This document shows, piece by piece, positions 57,224-59,057 of a DNA stretch of 59,057 bases. Location of the stretch: the IMG/VR virus record IMGVR_UViG_3300031565_000032; one strand, 5' to 3'. Source of the DNA: a virus. How positions within the stretch are numbered: the first letter of the stretch is position 1; the number at the start of each line of letters is the position of its first letter. Position numbers and translations under genes: made by a program. Under the pieces are notes generated by a model. It had not been told where the DNA came from, did no database searches, and saw nothing but the letters and a program-made list of their open reading frames with translations.

Positions 57224-57619
57224 GTTAGACCTCCTGTTAATTAGTGGTGGGGGCTGGTTTATCTAGTCCATTTAACAGTATCCTCTAGAATCACGGCTAG
57301 TTCCCGCACCATAACTGTACCCCCACCTGCCAGCCAGTAGACAGTAGGAACTGGTCTCAAAGGACTATACTACTACTCTTTTACCCCTGCCCTTTCCTCT
57401 TTTTCCGAGTTCTTATTAAGTTCTTGTATTCCAACAAGAACGGGTGGCTGGCTACCAGCCCCTTGCCGAAGCACTCTATTAGAAGTACCATAGGTAGGTG
57501 GCTGGCCTTGCTGGCTCATTCTGTCCGTGAATGGTATTCTATCCGTTCCCAGCTTTCGCTGTCGGGCGTCCCCAGTCCGGCAAGTGCTCTCCAGCAAGAT
57601 ATTCAGTTGTACTCCTTTC
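57224..57619 (-). ncRNA. Candidate structured non-coding RNA or structured DNA element (about 390 nt, unclassified)
   Basis: Visibly G+C-richer than its flanks. The only ORFs are two mutually antisense low-complexity ones. Contains several short hairpins, including GNRA and UUCG tetraloops on the minus strand (see finding). Confidence 0.3.
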
Positions 57620-58087
57620 TTAGTTTAATCCTGTAGTATGCTTTATGCGGTTTTTATACCACTCAACTAATTGCTTGGCAGTTTCCGCTCCAAATATTGT
57701 GCTTAATTTTTCCGCCCTTATCATATCCCCGATTTCTTTTGTCGTCATTCCTACTTCCTGACCAGAGGGTTTAAGAACTTCCTCCCGTGCCTTTATAAAT
57801 TCGGCTTTAACTTCTGGGTCAAGCTCTGCTGTAGGTGGTGCTACTGGTGGTTTGATAAGGGCTTCTTTAACAGGCACAGCATTGTAGATATATTCCCGGT
57901 TGTATGCGACTGCAAAGTTTAATTGTAGAACTGCGCCGTCCTGCACTACGTCAAAGTATTGGACACGCTTATTACTTATCTTGTACTCAGTACCATTTTC
58001 GTCATTAAAAAGTAAATCCCCATAAGTATTGTCATGTTTATTGTGGACTGTTATTACCGCTTGTCTAGTTATCTGTTTCTCTACCAT
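57620..58087 (-). CDS. Hypothetical protein (155 aa)
   Basis: ORF track; AAGGAGGACAAAT then ATG. Confidence 0.7.
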   Translation of the reverse strand: MVEKQITRQAVITVHNKHDNTYGDLLFNDENGTEYKISNKRVQYFDVVQDGAVLQLNFAVAYNREYIYNAVPVKEALIKPPVAPPTAELDPEVKAEFIKAREEVLKPSGQEVGMTTKEIGDMIRAEKLSTIFGAETAKQLVEWYKNRIKHTTGLN

Positions 58088-58316
58088 ATTTGTCCTCCTT
58101 TAGTGCTCTTTTCTTTTGACACTCATTTATATAATCGCACCTTGCCTTTGTGTATAAATCTGTATCAAGTGGTATAAACCTTCCTAGACCAATAACATCA
58201 ATTTCTAAAGTTATTTTTGGTCTATCTCTTAGATATTCAAAAGCACATTTTTCTATCACTGTCTCTGGTTCAATCTCGAAATAGTAATTATCCTGATAGT
58301 GTAATCCTACTTTCAT
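58065..58316 (-). CDS. Hypothetical protein (83 aa from ATG 58316)
   Basis: AAAGGAGTGGGAAG then ATG; MKVGLHYQDNYYFEIEPE... The track's longer start at 58358 would overlap the upstream gene by 71 nt. Confidence 0.6.
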   Translation of the reverse strand: MKVGLHYQDNYYFEIEPETVIEKCAFEYLRDRPKITLEIDVIGLGRFIPLDTDLYTKARCDYINECQKKRALKEDKYGRETDN

Positions 58317-58470
58317 CTTCCCACTCCTTTTTGATTTCTTCCCATACTTCACATTCACCTGACCTTAACAGGCATGGTTTAATTCTTCCTGAAGGGCGTT
58401 CCGTCAACTCGCAGTAATCCCACCATTCATCCTCAGATATCCGTTTACTTTTAATGTGAGGGCATTTCAT
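58288..58470 (-). CDS. Hypothetical protein (60 aa)
   Basis: ORF track; 4-nt overlap upstream. Confidence 0.55.
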   Translation of the reverse strand: MKCPHIKSKRISEDEWWDYCELTERPSGRIKPCLLRSGECEVWEEIKKEWEDESRITLSG

Positions 58471-58691
58471 TCTTTTCCCTCCCTTTTGGTTACTCCTATA
58501 TCCTTGATGGCTTGTATTTGACCTTCATTCAATACTTTATTTACACCAGCGAATCTCCTGTCCATTGTATTATCTTTGACCTTGTAATCACAATATTTAC
58601 AGTGTTTTATTGACCATCCATAACCCATATAATTTGGCTCAAACGATTCAATCTCATCTAAGGTATTCTGTTTACAATTAGGGCATTTCAT
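58467..58691 (-). CDS. Zinc-ribbon protein (74 aa)
   Basis: CPNC...CKYC. Confidence 0.6.
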   Translation of the reverse strand: MKCPNCKQNTLDEIESFEPNYMGYGWSIKHCKYCDYKVKDNTMDRRFAGVNKVLNEGQIQAIKDIGVTKREGKE

Positions 58692-58731
58692 ATCTTTATT
58701 CTAACCTCTTTTCTTTACAGTGTCAAGTAAC

Positions 58732-59057
58732 TCAGGGTATGTTGATGTTGCCGATTACTTCCCTTCCGCTACAGTAATCACTGGTCAAGGGATACTTGTC
58801 CCCGTTCTCCAACCCATTGATGTTTTGGAAGTAAAACCCCGCTTCACTCCAGATTACTACCCAATCTGCATAAGAGTATCTGCGGAGAATATCCCCTTCG
58901 TAAATCTCAATGCCGTTCTTATCCTTGAGACCTGTGTATTCACCTAGTGTATTAATATCGAGTAAGCCTTTCCTGATAAAACCCCAAAATTCCGCGAAGG
59001 CATATTCCATTTCATATTTATCAAAATTAGCATCTTTAACTCTGGAATAACGAATAT
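58732..59057 (-). CDS. YopX family protein, main part. The 5' end continues across the circular junction to the ATG at window position 191.
   Basis: See feature 1..191; GLKDKNGIEIYEGDIL...EVIGNI. Confidence 0.85.
   Translation of the reverse strand, partial: IRYSRVKDANFDKYEMEYAFAEFWGFIRKGLLDINTLGEYTGLKDKNGIEIYEGDILRRYSYADWVVIWSEAGFYFQNINGLENGDKYPLTSDYCSGREVIGNINIP
58931..59057. repeat. Terminal overlap copy 2 (identical to 1-127)
   Basis: Direct comparison of both ends. Confidence 0.95.

Noticed and set aside
57224-57619. Assigning the structured element to RNase P RNA, tmRNA, SRP/6S RNA or a group I/II intron.
   Set aside because: Short RNase-P-like strings (GAGGAAAG.., GCAAGGCC) occur in the wrong order. 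There is no tRNA-like end or tag ORF for tmRNA. The flanking ORFs look complete rather than split exons. The element is left unclassified.
57373-57636. ORFs 57373..57597 (-) and 57424..57636 (+) as protein-coding genes.
   Set aside because: They are antisense to each other, lack RBSs and encode low-complexity Gly/Pro/Arg/Ser-rich sequences. This is typical of random frames in a G+C-rich non-coding segment.
58931-59057. Interpreting the 127-bp end repeat as a genuine direct terminal repeat of the virion DNA.
   Set aside because: It lies inside the YopX-like coding sequence, which is only complete after circular joining. An exact short overlap is what assemblers leave on circular contigs. It cannot be excluded without read-terminus data.

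Overview
The window is a complete, circularly closed tailed-phage genome. Bases 1-127 are identical to 58931-59057, so the unique length is 58,930 bp. The phage has an HK97-type head and a long non-contractile tail. Two arms diverge from back-to-back sigma70-like promoters at about 4.5-4.6 kb and converge at about 47.54 kb.

The plus arm (4.6-47.5 kb) carries, in order:
- DNA methyltransferases.
- A ~13.8 kb sugar island with two NeuB-family nonulosonic-acid synthases, two CMP-sugar cytidylyltransferases, a 4,6-dehydratase, an SDR, a GT2 and SAM methyltransferases. The island runs by start/stop overlaps straight into terL.
- tRNA-Leu(UAA).
- A portal-MuF fusion, a prohead protease/scaffold and the HK97 major capsid protein.
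- Duplicated small head proteins and a large glycosyltransferase fusion inside the head module.
- Connector proteins, three paralogous tail-tube genes and a chaperone with a clean -1 frameshift site.
- Tape measure and tail-tip/fibre genes.

The minus arm (4.5 kb through the junction to 47.5 kb) holds many small early genes: a HigA-like HTH, a YopX protein, a NinG-like protein, a P-loop replication ATPase preceded by a 9-bp iteron array, a metallophosphoesterase, an MT-A70 methylase, a HAD nucleotidase, a Gp37/Gp68-like protein and a probable lysis cassette.

Four free-standing HNH endonuclease genes plus one remnant interrupt the operons. I did not recognise any integrase, CI-like repressor, DNA polymerase, rRNA or CRISPR array.

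The most interesting hypothesis is a phage-encoded nonulosonic-acid glycan pathway coupled to a head-module glycosyltransferase, which would mean virion glycosylation. Further candidates are an unannotatable G+C-rich structured ~390-nt element, a convergent-promoter/inverted-repeat small-ORF module, and a methyltransferase with four SPPY motifs. All functional calls rest on motif recognition by eye; no searches were run.
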